Below, one piece after another: positions 1-12,711 of a DNA stretch of 64,000 nt (the first letter of the stretch is position 1; the number at the start of each line of letters is the position of its first letter). The notes under the pieces are model-generated. The model did no database searches. It had not been told where the DNA came from and saw only the letters and a list, made by a program, of their open reading frames with translations. Location: the NCBI RefSeq assembly GCF_006345805.1, contig NC_043000.1, forward strand, positions 73,842,001-73,906,000, written 5' to 3'. This DNA is from Octopus sinensis. Its lineage: Eukaryota. Made by a program: the position numbers and the translations under genes.

Positions 1-147
1 TTCCTTTCTTGAACTTGTCAAATAAAATTTTGTGAATGTACAAACAACTTGTTCATTTATATAAAACAGATGTTTTTGGGGTGTTTTGTTTGGAAGAGAA
101 CATTGTTTTTGTTTTTTGGGGTGAATTTCCATGACAGTGGAGATGGA

Positions 148-341
148 TAGATAGAAATATAGGTAGGTAGATAGGCTGATAGATAGATAGTTAGATAGAT
201 AAATAGATAGATAGATAGATAAATAGAGAGAGAGAGAGAGAAAGAGAGATGATGATAGGCAGATAGATCGATTGAGAGAGAGAAAGAGAGGTTGATAGAC
301 AGACAGATAGATAGATAGATATATAGACAGACAGATAGATG

Positions 342-379
<38 letters not shown>

Positions 380-600
380 GATAGATAGATAGATAGATAG
401 ATAGATGGATAGATAGATAGTCAAACAGGTAGAGGGAGGGAGAGAGAGAGAGAGAGAGAAGGGGTATCCCCTTCCTATTCACCATTCATTCATTTATTTA
501 TTTAGTCCTTTACAATTGTATTGGAATGGGTCTAAGGATGGTGACTTCTTCAAAAGAAAAAAAAAATATGGCAGTTTGGTCATCACTAAAAAATCATTTT

Positions 601-631
<31 letters not shown>

Positions 632-797
632 GGATAGATAGATAGTCAGACAGGTAGAGGGAGGGAGAGAGAGAGAGAGAGAGAAGGGGTATCCCCTTCC
701 TATTCACCATTCATTCATTCATTATTTATTTAGTCCTTTACAATTCTTCAAAAGAAAAAAAAATATGGCAGTTTGGTCATCACTAAAAAATCATTTT

Positions 798-828
<31 letters not shown>

Positions 829-995
829 GGATAGATAGATAGTCAGACAGGTAGAGGGAGGGAGAGAGAGAGAGAGAGAGAAGGGGTATCCCCTTCCTAT
901 TCACCATTCATTCATTCATTTATTTATTTAGTCCTTTACAATTCTTCAAAAGAAAAAAAAATATGGCAGTTTGGTCATCACTAAAAAATCATTTT
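148..995. repeat. (GATA)n/(GA)n microsatellites plus three tandem ~198-bp units
   Basis: Unit GATA-run/GA-run/aaggggtatccccttcctattcaccattc...aaatcatttt ends near 600, 798 and 995; copies 2 and 3 lack ~29 bp present in copy 1. Confidence 0.9.
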
Positions 996-1232
996 GCTTT
1001 CTTTCTCTCTTCCCCTTTTTTCCTTCTTTTTTCCCTCTGTCTTTCTTTTTCTCCTCTTTAAGTTATATTTAGAACACAAAATGAACTGTCATCCCTTCCA
1101 AACATTCATTTTTGGAGGGAATTTTTTGATGAAATGTAGTTCTACATGCAAAAACATTAGTATATTTGCAAATTAACAATTTGAAAAATCAATTAATAAA
1201 TAAAATAAAATGAAAACATATATATATATATA

Positions 1233-1635
1233 GGCACAGGAGTAGCTGTGTGGTAAGTAGCTTGCTTACCAACCACATGGTTCTGAGTTCAGTCCCACTG
1301 CATAGCACCTTGGGCAAGTGTCTTCTACTATAGCCTCAGGCTGACCAAAGCCTTGTGAGTGGATTTGGTAGACGGAAACTGAAAGAAGCCCTCCGTATAT
1401 ATGTATATATACATATGTATGTGTGTGTATATGCTTATTTGTCTGTGTTTGTCCCCTGAACATCACCGGACAACTGATGCTGGTGTGTTTATGTCCCCGT
1501 AACTTAGCGGTTTGGCAAAAGAGATCGATAGAATAAGTACTAGGCTTACAAAGAATAAGTCCTGGGGTTGATTTGCTCAACTAAAGGCGGTGCTCAAGCA
1601 TGATCACAGTCAAATGACTGAAACAAGTAAAAAGA
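1233..1635 (+). mobile_element. tRNA-head SINE, family A (CORE-like body)
   Basis: A-box-like tagctgtgtgg, B-box-like agttcagtccc, ccttgggcaag core, internal (TA/TG)n, tail gtcaaatgactgaaacaagtaaaa; follows (TA)n; homologous copies at 10238, 16507, 27443, 30953 and 52090. Confidence 0.85.
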
Positions 1636-2004
1636 ATATACAACAAAAAAAGAATATACACACACACACATATGTATATATATATATATAATATATATAT
1701 ATACATAAAGCTAGAACATCCCAATGCTACATATATATATATATATATGAACATTTGTAGAAATGAGCCACATTTGGAATAAAGAATTCAAATTCTCCAC
1801 TTTACCTTCAAGCATTCAATTTTAGAGAGAATCTCTTGATGAAGTGTGTGTGTGTTTGGGAACAGTTCTTAGTTTATACTGTGTAAGTTCAATCACCTCT
1901 TTTAATTTCATGATTTTGCATTAGAGAACATTAGTATAACATTTACAAAATGTACTCTCTCGGCTTTTTTTTCAAACATTCAATTTTAGAGAGAATTTTT
2001 TGAT

Positions 2005-2945
2005 GAAATGTAGTTCCATTGCTTTCTGGTATTACAGATTATACTGTGCACATTTGCAAAAGGGGATAATTTTGAATTTTCTGATGCTGAATATTTCTAG
2101 ATGTTTACTTAATGGAATCTTGCATAATTCCTCTTCTCGGATATGTTGCCTGTGGATTCTTGTATGTTGGCAGAGGAAATTCTTTGTTTCACCAATGTAA
2201 TTTTCTTTGCAGTTTGGGTAGGTAATGCAGTATATGAGGTTTTGTGTTTTGTAGTTCATAATCTGCATTTATTTTGAAAAGGGATCTGCTCTTGAATTTT
2301 ATGTGGGAACCACTTTCCAAGTATTTGAAAGTGTCGATATTGTTGCATGTTCCATATCTCCTCTCTCCACATTCTTTTTAATTCTGATTCATTCTCTGAT
2401 TTGAATTCTGACCTTGGGAGGTGTTTTTGAAGATATTTTGGTTGGCATCTGCTATCCTGTAAGGTGTTTTTTTCAATCAGATTTTTCATTTTGGAGCTTT
2501 GTAGGAGTATAGGTAAGTTCGATTTTATGGTGTGAAAGATGTTGGTTATTACAGGATTGTCTGTGTTGATGAATGAAATTGTGTTTTCATTAACTTTTTC
2601 CTTAGGTGTCCATAGTTGGGTGATGATCAGTTTCATCGCCTTTTTAATTCCCTCCTTAATTAATCCTAAGGGGTATTTCTACATTGTGAGGAAGCCTCTG
2701 AGTTTGCTGTGTCAGATTTCACCTATTTTGGGGTCAGTCACTATAGCACAGATGCATCTTGCCATGCTGTATGGAATATTTCTTTTGATGTGTGTTGGAT
2801 GGCAAGAGTAGAAGTTTGAATATTGGTGTGTGTCAGTTTTTTTGTAAAATATGTCTATTGTGACTGTATTTTTATGTGGATATCTAGGAATGGTAGTTCA
2901 TTGCAACTGGATTCTGTCATGAATTTGATGGATGGGTGAAGTGTA
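2005..2945 (-). mobile_element. Penelope-like element remnant (RT thumb, Cys linker, GIY-YIG; Neptune-like)
   Basis: Minus frames give LPFLDI...IDIFYKKTDTHQY, CHPTHIKRNIPYSMARCIC and NLIYCITYPNCKENYIGET; many stops and frameshifts. Confidence 0.8.
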
Positions 2946-2958
2946 TTCAGTATATTGT

Positions 2959-3842
2959 TACTGGGTTGCCCAGAAAGTTTGTGCCGATTTATAGTAGCTT
3001 ACCTTTCGACTTATTTTAGAACATGGTTGAGTCCATAAAATAGGATTTGACTACGCCTCCATTTAGGGCACAGTTTAAGCTATCTTTTCGTGGAAGAAGG
3101 TTTATGTTCCTATAACCTGCATTAATTCTGTAACCCTTTAAAATGGAAGATAAGAAAGTTCATTTTCGGCACTTGATGCTTTTCTTTTTCTGTAAAGGGA
3201 AAAATGCCTCACAAGCAACCAAAGAAGTATGCGCAGTTTACAGTGATGTTTCTTTATCCGAAAGAACTGTACGGAAGTGGTTCGCAAGGTTCCAAGCTGG
3301 AGTTTGTATGTAGCCTTATTGATAAAGAGCAATCAGGCAGACAATCCACTACAGATGATGACCAAATCAAGTCATTAATTGAGAATAACCCACATTACAC
3401 AACCCGAGAATTGGCAGAAAGCCTCAACCTATCAAAATCCGTCATTCATGAGCACCTGGTAAAGCTTGAGAACACAAATCACTACGATGTTTGGGTACGA
3501 CATGAGTTGAGTGAGAAGAACCTTTTGGATCGCATTTCCATCTGTGATTCGCTTTATAAACAGAATGAAAATGCACCTTTTTTAAAGCAAATTGTGACAG
3601 GTGATGAGAAATGGATTATCTACGGAAATGTTCAGGGAAAGTGATCCTGGAGTAAGCGACATGAGCCACCCTTAGCCACCCCCAAAGTGGGTCTTCACCC
3701 TAAAAAAGTCTTGCTTTGTGTCTGGTGGGATTGGAAAGGAATTCTGTACAATGAGATTCTCCCAAGTAACCAGACAGTTAATTCTGAGAAATACTGCACA
3801 CAGCTGGATGAGTTAAAAGCAGCAATTCAAGAGAAACGTCCA
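2959..3842 (+). mobile_element. mariner transposon, 3'-truncated
   Basis: TA plus TIR-like ctgggttgcccagaaagtttgtgccgattt at 2959-2990; MEDKKVHFRHLMLFFF HTH start, IVTGDEKWI, LHPKKVLLCVWWDWKGILY; frameshifted; no right TIR. Confidence 0.9.
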
Positions 3843-3844
3843 AA

Positions 3845-4925
3845 GCAGGGAGATATACATCTCCCGAAGACATCTCAAAACCTACCACAAACAACATCAA
3901 CACCACAAAAATATATACAGGGAATATACTCACAGCCATAGACACAAAAAACACACAGTTGATGAAATACATCAACACAAAAGCAAACATTACAGAAAAC
4001 GACATTAAAACGAGCAACCACCCACGCACAACACCACCAGAACACATCAAAATTGACCACATAACACCAACATTGCACCACATATTAAAGTCCTTCTATC
4101 CCAATGCGGTAGGAGGATGTCATAAATATTTAGCAAAAAAACTGTACAGTAGCCTCTTTGATGAAAAATCAAAGGAGGAAACAAAACTTTCCAACGATAA
4201 GTAACTCTCTGTTCCTTTTGTTTGTTTTAAAGCACACAACTCAATAGGATCATGGTCAAGATTGGTTGTGTGAATGACATAAAGTCACACGATTTGGGAA
4301 TCATAGCCATAAGTGAGACCAGACTCCATGAGCCACAAGCCCTAAAGTCCATGTTTGGCGGACAGTTTAACATTTATTTTTCTCCCTGTCTGCCGATGAT
4401 GGGTGGTAGTGACATGGCAGTACATTTTCGCAAGAGTCTGGATCTCAAAGTGAAGACGATATTCGTAGACCCAGAGGGTAGAATGGTTGTCCTGGATGTC
4501 GATGACAGCGATGGGTGCACTTTTCAACTTCTAGCAGTCTATGCACCGCCTTTAACAGGTCGGCCGGATTTCTTTCGACGTCTCGAAGTTTTCCTAGGAA
4601 CGTCTCATCCTTTACTTTTAGTGGGGGATTGGAATGCTACCTTGGACATGCTTCTAGACTATGTGGGGAGAGACAGATATAGACTGGAATGCAAATGCCT
4701 CAGAAACCTGCTCAGACGCTTTCAACTGTCTGACAGGTATCGACTCAACCACCCAAATGCACCAATGTGGACATGGTGCAACCACATTGGGTCGTTGAGA
4801 TCATATCTAGATAGGATACTGTGTAGGACAGTAGACAGGGATAGCTTAGGATGTCCACAATTCCACATAGTCAGCTACACGGATTACAAACTTGAGACGT
4901 GTACGGTAGACTTAGATAATAACTG
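3845..4925 (+). mobile_element. Tx1/L1-clade LINE fragment (ORF1 end plus APE endonuclease)
   Basis: ORF 4252-4938 has ISETRL, DPEGRMVVLDV, AVYAP, GDWNA, WTW and SYLDRI motifs, homologous to ORF2 of the element at 33596-38847. Confidence 0.85.
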
Positions 4926-4934
4926 CTGGTTGTT

Positions 4935-6240
4935 GTAAAAGTCCTCTCAGAATCTCAGTGTGGATTTTGGCAGTCACAAGGAACAATTGACATGGTCTTC
5001 TGTGTATGGCAACTCCAAGTAAAGGCTCATGAACAGTAGCAACCACTCAACAAAGTTTCCCAACCAGCAATGTTGTCTGTACTCCATTGCTTTGGTTGCC
5101 TCAACCACTTTGTTGACCTCATTTTCGTGCTTCCTGACAGTATGGTAGGACACATTCTCTGAGCCATTCTCCATCTCCGGAGGCCTAAAACAAGGCTGCA
5201 TCCTGGCTTCAACCCTGTTCTCCATCTACCTGGTGGTGATGCACAAGAAGATCCCACGACTCTCCTGGTGTTGACATCCACTATCACCTGGATAGTGGAC
5301 TCTTCACCTTGCAAGCCTGAGGTCCAAAACTTGAGCAGCGAATAGCAGCATCAAGGAGTTCCAGTACACAGACAATAATACCACCCCCACCTCCTCTCTT
5401 GCCAATCTCAAACAATGCTGTTTGACTCTTGTCTCTGAAGACTACTATCGCTTTGGGATGGAATTTAATGTGGACAAAACAAAGACACTTGTGCAGTATG
5501 TTCCATCAATATAGAAGACACAACTCTGGAAGTTGTCAATGACTTTCAGTACCTTGGCAGCACTCTCTCACAATCTGGAACATGTGAAAGAGACATCAAA
5601 TCTGCTCATTGGGCTTTTGAAAGACTCATCAAGTGTGTATTCAACAACAGGCTCTCCCTCTGAACAAAACTCATGGTGTTCTGCACTATTGTCATCTCCA
5701 CCTTGCTCTATGCTTGGAAGACATGAACCCTGTATTGAAAAGACATGAAAAAGCTTGCACATTTCCAACAAGCCAAGCTTCAGCAGATCTTCAACATCAA
5801 ATGGCAGAACTGTTATATCGACAATGAAGTCCTCAATCGCTCAGAAATGCCAAGTATTGAAACTTCACTGCTTCAGGTGGTTAGGACATGTCATATGAAT
5901 GACCCCTTCAAGACTCCTGTAGACCATGCTGGACAGCAAGCTCATCAATGGCAAATGATATTGAAAAAGCCTTAAAGTATAAATTCAAAGACTAACTGAA
6001 GTCTTCCCTCCTTCAAGCTGGCATAAGCTCTAACACCTGTGAAACAGAAGCTGCTGACCATCCGTACTGGCAAAGAGCAATTCATTTCAGCTGTTCCACT
6101 TTTGAGGAGAGAAGAAAAACTGAAGAAGAAGCAAAAAGAGTGGTGCCACTGCTGACAATATTTTAATCTCTCAACTGGCCCACAGCCATCTCTCTCAGTA
6201 CCATTTCCTCTCCCAGCTGAGAAGTCTTTGTCTTGCAAGT
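4935..6240 (+). mobile_element. RTE (BovB-like) LINE RT remnant
   Basis: VLSESQCGF...TIDMVFCVWQLQ RT motif at ~4935-5030; decayed thumb (MPSIETSLLQ); heavily interrupted. Confidence 0.7.
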
Positions 6241-6249
6241 TACTTGGTG

Positions 6250-6455
6250 ATCATGCTGATGTTCATGCCACATAAGAAGCACTCAGTACATTGTATAAAG
6301 TGGTTGGCATTAGAAAAGGCATCCAGTGGTAGAAACCATGCCAAAACTGACTGAGGGGCCTGGTGCAGTTCTCTGATTTTCTAGCTCTTGACAAACCATC
6401 CGATCTATGCCAGCATGGAAGACAGATGTTAAATGGTGATGATGATGATTATGAT
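6250..6455 (+). mobile_element. RTE-type 3' tail ending in (GAT)n
   Basis: ggcatccagtggtagaaaccatgcc...gccagcatggaagacagatgttaaatggtgatgatgatg; related tails at 11220-11356 and 52320-52480. Confidence 0.7.
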
Positions 6456-6546
6456 GATATATTTATATAAAACATTTATTTTTGTATATGCACACACACT
6501 ATATGCATATATATATAAGATACATATATTTACATAAAATATATAT

Positions 6547-6586
<40 letters not shown>

Positions 6587-6801
6587 ATTTATATCTATAT
6601 ATGTACATAAAATAGGTACGGCAGCTGAAATGAGCTCAGTCCTTGCTGCTTCATTCAGGCGAAGAGTACAAGCTAAGGGGTTAAATCCCTTTAACCTGAG
6701 ATACCTGCTGACAATATGGAAGTTTTTCCAGCATTACAATAGATTTAGAAGAGCTTGCATATATGTATGAATGTGTGTGTGTTGTGTGTGTGTGAGTGTG
6801 T

Positions 6802-6832
<31 letters not shown>

Positions 6833-7630
6833 CGTGTGTGTGTGTGTGTGTGCTGTAGAAAAGCTTGAAGCATTTTTATCTTTCCTTATTAGTTCTTTGT
6901 GTTCCATTTGGTCATTAGTGTTCCTAAATCCCGTAAGCCATTAATGTTTTGAAGCTATCACAGTGCCATTCTCAGAAGGAAATTATTGTAGGATATCTGC
7001 TTTTTCTACACTTTGCCTTTGATCATAAAAGCATATGGAATTTCAAATCAGCGTTCCATTTTCAATCACAATTTATAGAATAGTTATATCTGGTAGTTTT
7101 CATGGTGAATTTTGTGCAGCTTGTATGTGTTTTGACTATTAGCTAAGCCCCACCTATACTCTTCTCATCTTTTTCTGGAATTTTAGTTTTGTCAACTATT
7201 GATTTACTGTTAATTTTTGTTGCATGTACTAATATTGTAGTGCATTATAAATGCTTGATCAAATGAAGAGAGTCTTGTACCATTCATTGTAACAGTTTGA
7301 TTCATGATGCAACTTTCATGCATTGGAATTTATATATTTTATTGTTAAATGATTTCAACAAATGCATGAACTGAAAAGTACAGATTTATAACAAAGTTTA
7401 GAAACTAGGCTTTTAACACTTTTAATCTAGAAGTCAAAGAGTTAATGGAAAAGTTAAAAATAGATGACTAGGTAGAATGCCAGGCATCCAGGTCCTTTTT
7501 TACTTCACTTAAAGACCACACTTTGGGAGAAATCTTATGAGAAAAGAACTTCAAATGTAACAGCAATTTCTTCCCAAAAGTTATGGTGTAACACTTTAGA
7601 AGTGCCCAAATGGTAAATGTGAATAGCATT

Positions 7631-8869
7631 TATCAGGCTGAGTAGAAAGTAAGCACCGTTTTGAAACATGAAATTCATCACAATATATTTCAACAATGTA
7701 GAAATTTTATTCATCAAAGTAAGTACCATTACAATCAACACATTTTTGCTGATGAGTTACAAGTTTGTTTATTCCAGTAATATAAAAATCTGGAGTTCTG
7801 GAGCTGATGCACTTTCAGCATCGCTTCCATTTTTTAACTCCTTCTCTCACTGGAAACCATCAAGGTGCTTGAAAAACTGGTAGTTGGTAGGAGAAAGGTC
7901 TGGGGAATAAGCTGGGAAGGGAAGAACTTCATAGCCACATTCTCTCAACTTCTGGAGCATCATTAATGACATGTGTAGTCATGAAGAATGATTGGCCCTC
8001 TTCTGTTGACCAGTCTGGGACGGAGGAGTAGCAGTTTTACATACATTATGGCAATTTTATGGCAATATGTTTCTGCAGTAATGGTTTTTCCAGATTTTAA
8101 AAAGTTATAGTGGATGAATCCAGCAGTACACCAGCAAATGGTCACCTTCTTTTTGAAGAGCTCAGGTTTAAAGAAGGATTTTGGTGCTTCATTTTGGTTC
8201 AACCACTGCTAAGGATGTTTTTTATTATTGTACAGATTCCACTTTTCATTGCAAGTTACAATACAGTTGAGAAATGGATCGATCTGGTTATGGAGAAGAA
8301 GCGACAAGCAAATTTCATATCTGCGCATTTTCTGATTTTCATGTAGTACCCATTTGTTGAGATTTTTTTGATTTTCCAATCACATGCAAAGTTTTCTGGC
8401 TAACTAAGTTTTTTTTTGCCAGTTCTCGAGTGGTTTTACATGGATCTTTCTCAATGATGGTCTTTAATTGACCATCATCAATGACAGATGGGTGTCTACT
8501 ATGCTTACGATCTTCAAGGCATAGATCTCCACTGCAAAATCGTTTAAACCATTTTCGAGCTTACCACTCACTGGTTAATTCCTCACCAAACGTTTTGTTG
8601 ATATTGCGAGCAGTTTCAGCTGCTTTACATCCTTTTATGAAGTTGAATAGCAAAATTGCTGGAATATCGCACTTTGACAGTTCCATTTCAGATGATTGTA
8701 ACAACGGTGAAAAACATATCAATGTTAACTTATTGATGCATTTGGACAAGTCTATATCTGTATTATCAGAAAATTGCAAAAAATGTTTTAAAAAATTCAA
8801 AACTCTGCAAAAATCTGGTATAAATTCTTCATGGTTCAAAGAGTTGCTTACTTTTTACTCAATCTGATA
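7631..8869 (-). mobile_element. full-length decayed mariner with both TIRs
   Basis: tatcaggctgagtagaaagtaagc (7631-7654) versus reverse complement of 8846-8869 tatcagattgagtaaaaagtaagc (21/24, includes TA); minus frames FIKGCKAAETARNIN and TITAETYC...RGPIILHD. Confidence 0.9.
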
Positions 8870-8996
8870 GTAATTAGTGTCAGTACATATATTTATATGT
8901 AAATTTTTATGTAATCATTAGTAAGTTTTCATATCTATATTTATATATATATATCTGTATATAAGAGTATGCATTTATATTTATACACACATACAT

Positions 8997-9051
<55 letters not shown>

Positions 9052-9730
9052 CACATATGTATACATAATTTGTATGCATTAAACTGCATCTAGTGATGAA
9101 GCTCCTGTTTGGGAGTTCTGGAGTTGTAGGGAGTGTGGAGTCACTCTTTATTTATCATTACTTATAAGTTTGTTCTAACCCAGATTGTTAGCAAGAACTA
9201 CTATCATATACAATTAATATTCATTTTTATACGAAACATCTTTGATTGGGCAGTATTTTGTCTTAGATGGTGAAAAAAAATTTATCTTTAGAAATTTGAT
9301 GTTATAAGGTATTCTTTTAATGATCAAATAATATTAACACAAATTAAAAAAGAAAAAAATGCTGAAGCAAAATATAAACAAGTTTTACTAACAATACCTT
9401 CTGTATTCATATTTTGAACATTTTTCAGTTGTAAAATAATCAGAGATATCAGTATTATTGTTAATGTTATGAAGGAAACAAAATGTCGGGAGCTAGTTTA
9501 ATAATGTACCCATGCCATGTATTTTAACTAAGTGGAACTATATAATTTCAAAAACAAACTATTTACTTGTTTACAAATTTATATCTTAAAGGAGCTAATG
9601 ACACTTACCAAAGAAGGATATTTGCTATCTTTTTTTGCAGTTAGAATTGAAGATGGCAGTGAAAATTGCAATAGTTACCAGTCACAGGAAAAGTAAAACA
9701 TATTTGATATTCATTATATATATATATATA

Positions 9731-9957
9731 TACAAATGGGGAAGGCCAGTTTATGGGATTACCTTAGATTTCCCGTCCATAAAGGGTTTAGCTTTATGGT
9801 GTATTGTCAGATCCCAAAAACCTGTTGGCCTCTTAAAAATATTTTTAGGAGTTAATGAGCCAACAGATCTTTGGGATCTGATGATACGCCATAAAGCTAA
9901 ACCCTTTATGGACTGGAAACCTAAGGTAATCCCATAAACCGGCCTTCCCCATTTCTA
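9731..9957. mobile_element. foldback MITE-like palindrome
   Basis: 96-bp arms 9734-9829 and 9859-9954 with 8 mismatches; TA dinucleotides at both ends. Confidence 0.8.
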
Positions 9958-10237
9958 ATATATACTGCTCTAGAGTGTGTTTCTTCTTTCAGATAATGAT
10001 ACACACACACACACACACACACATATATACTTACTTTCCTTCCTTACCTTATAATATGTTTTTACTTGCCTGCCATCATTTACCTTCAAATTTTTAGTTT
10101 GTCCTTTAGACTATTTCATCAGACTTCTAGTACTAATAAAACAAACATTCCTTTCATTGTGATTTTTACAACATATGTAAATTACTACTTAAGCACCCAG
10201 ATTTTTTAATGAGGCATTCCTATTGTTTTCCTATATA

Positions 10238-10615
10238 GGTACAGGTGTGCTGTGTGGTAAGAAGCTTGCTTCCCAACCACATGGTTCTGGGTTTAGTCTC
10301 ATTGCATGGCACCTTGGGCAAGTGTCTTTTACTATACCCTCAAGCCGACCAAAGCCTTGTGAATGGATTTCGTAGATAAAAACTGAAAGAAGCATGTCGT
10401 ATGTGTGCGTATGTGTTTGTCACCCCCACCACCAACATCACTTGACAATCTATGTCGGTGTGTTTACATCCCCATAACTTAGTGCTTCAGCAAAAGAGTA
10501 CGATAGAATAAGTACTAGGTTTACAAAGAATAAATCCTGGGGTTGATTTGTTTGACTAAAGATGGTGTTCCAGCATGGCTGCAGTCAAAACACTGAAACA
10601 AGTAAAAGAATAAAA
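10238..10615 (+). mobile_element. SINE family A copy
   Basis: Colinear with 1233-1635 from head to gtaaaagaataaaa tail. Confidence 0.85.
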
Positions 10616-10954
10616 CTCAAGAAGTGAAATTTCCTTCAATAGTTGAATAAACTGTCAGGTGAAACTTAAATCTCCAGTCAACACAAATATTGCTCTGTGT
10701 GTACACATGACTTTTCACCCAGGTTTCTGTGGCTTGGATAATTCTAAAACCATGAATGTTTGCATTATATTTCAAATCTGAAAGCAAACTATTTCTTTGA
10801 ACATGATTCTTAATTATGAAAGAAGTCTACATATTTGAAAAAAAAACAGAAGTTGAAGTTGGAACAATATTCTTTGTCTAAAGAACTAAAACAACATCTA
10901 TAATAAATTTTAATTTTTGAGCTATAATACACAAACACACACACACAGATACAC

Positions 10955-11356
10955 ATGAATAGGGTGGGCGAAGTTCAGTGAATTACTACCTCTGTTAGTG
11001 ACAAATGGCCTCTCTCTCAGAGTGAAAAGCAAATTGTATGATGTTTGTGTACAAACAGCTATGTTACATGGGAGTGAGACATGGGCTATGACTACTGAGG
11101 ATATTTGAAGAAACGAAGCCAGTATTATCTTCTGGATGGGTAATGTCAGTGTGCATATATAACAGAGTGTTATTTGAGAGAAAAATTGGGTGTGCAAAGC
11201 ATCAAATGTAGTGTGTAAGAAAGACCAAAGGTATCCAGCTGTAGAAACCATGCCAAAACAGACATAGAGCCTTGGCAGCTCTTCAGCTGGCCAGCTCCTG
11301 TCAAACCATTCAACCCATACCAGCATGGAAATGAACAATAAATGATGATGATGATG
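10955..11356 (+). mobile_element. RTE LINE 3' fragment with tail
   Basis: WAKFSELLPLLVTNGLSLRVK...LHGSETW (as in ORF 49048-49620), then RTE tail and (GAT)n. Confidence 0.8.
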
Positions 11357-12711
11357 ACAACATAAGATGCAAATATATGGTTGATGTCAACAAAAGTTTA
11401 TTTTTCAAACAGCTCAAATGGAATGAAAGTCAGTTTTATTAATTTTCATAAAAGCAATAACTGTTAGAATGAATGACAGTAATTAAAAATACAACATCAA
11501 AAACATATTTGATATAAAAAGATTAAAAAATAAATCTTCTCCAGTAAAAATTAATCTTGTGTTGAAGATTACATTTAGATTTAAAAATACAATATATTTT
11601 TAAATTAAAAAAATATCTCTAAACATGAAAATACAAATTTGAATTATTAAATTTTGGAAAACTATCATTCTTTACTGGTTCCTCTTATTAAAGAGCTACC
11701 ATGCTAAGGTATGCCCTTAAAATTGTTGTTTATACTTTTGATTGCCAGATACTTTATAGACCTGGGCATTAATGAGATGTTAGCATAACATAATGGGATA
11801 CAGATAAATGAGATATTCTACTATTGATTTTGCCATCTCTTGCCAATACACATACCCCACTCACAGAAAAAAAAATCCTCCAAACCATCAAACAGGCTTC
11901 CAAACAATATCTATTTACCAAATATCATCCATAGACATTGTTTGACAAGAGTTTATGGTAAATACTTTCCCAAAGTGTCACACAGTGGGAGTGAACCTAG
12001 AACTTAATAACCATACAGCTACACTTTCTGTTACAATGACTCTCATGACAAAAGTGTTAAGTTAATCATGCTATAATTCAACCAAATACTGACATCACAC
12101 TATATTCTCATCTTGGACGTATTGTTGACATATTTTGATCAGCATTTCCTCTGAGCATCTTTAAGAGATATTTCTGAGCTAGGCTTTGGATTGGGCTTGG
12201 CATATTTATTCTACCAACTAACCACTAGCCTGCTGCTCCAAATGACAATAGTGTTGCATTTTAATATTTTAAACATGAGATTTAATCCTCCTTTTTTTTA
12301 TGTCAGGTCCATGTTGATTGAACAGATCAGCAACACATCCAATATGGGCATATAGACCCAAAAATGCTATAAACTCACCATAAATTTATCTCATAAAAAT
12401 ATATATGAACTAAATAATGATATACAAAAAACAATATGAAAAACTTGATAAATCTTAAAGATGGTGAGCTCCATATCTGATAGATAATTTCAAAGGAATA
12501 AATAGTGATTTCTTACAATAGCTGAAACTACAAATTTGTATGGTTAAATCAAACACAATGTGTTTTTTATTTACTTGGAGGTACAGAAGAAAAAAAATAA
12601 TCAACTTAAGCAAGATTTGAACCTATTATGTAGGGGGATGGAACAAAATAGAAAGCTTAAAAAGTATTCTACTATCTTGGCTACTCTCCTACTTTGAAGG
12701 AGAATAATATT

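Noticed and set aside
57-485. ORFs of 142 and 77 aa (IYLS repeats)
   Set aside because: Translations of (GATA)n/(GA)n microsatellite.
1233-1310. tRNA gene at SINE heads
   Set aside because: Only A/B-box remnants continuing into SINE body; no full cloverleaf.
3138-3941. SETMAR-like gene
   Set aside because: No SET domain; only a broken mariner transposase.
6630-6770. 46-aa ORF MSSVLAASFRRRVQ... resembling a transit peptide
   Set aside because: Too short, lies between microsatellites, and has no other support.
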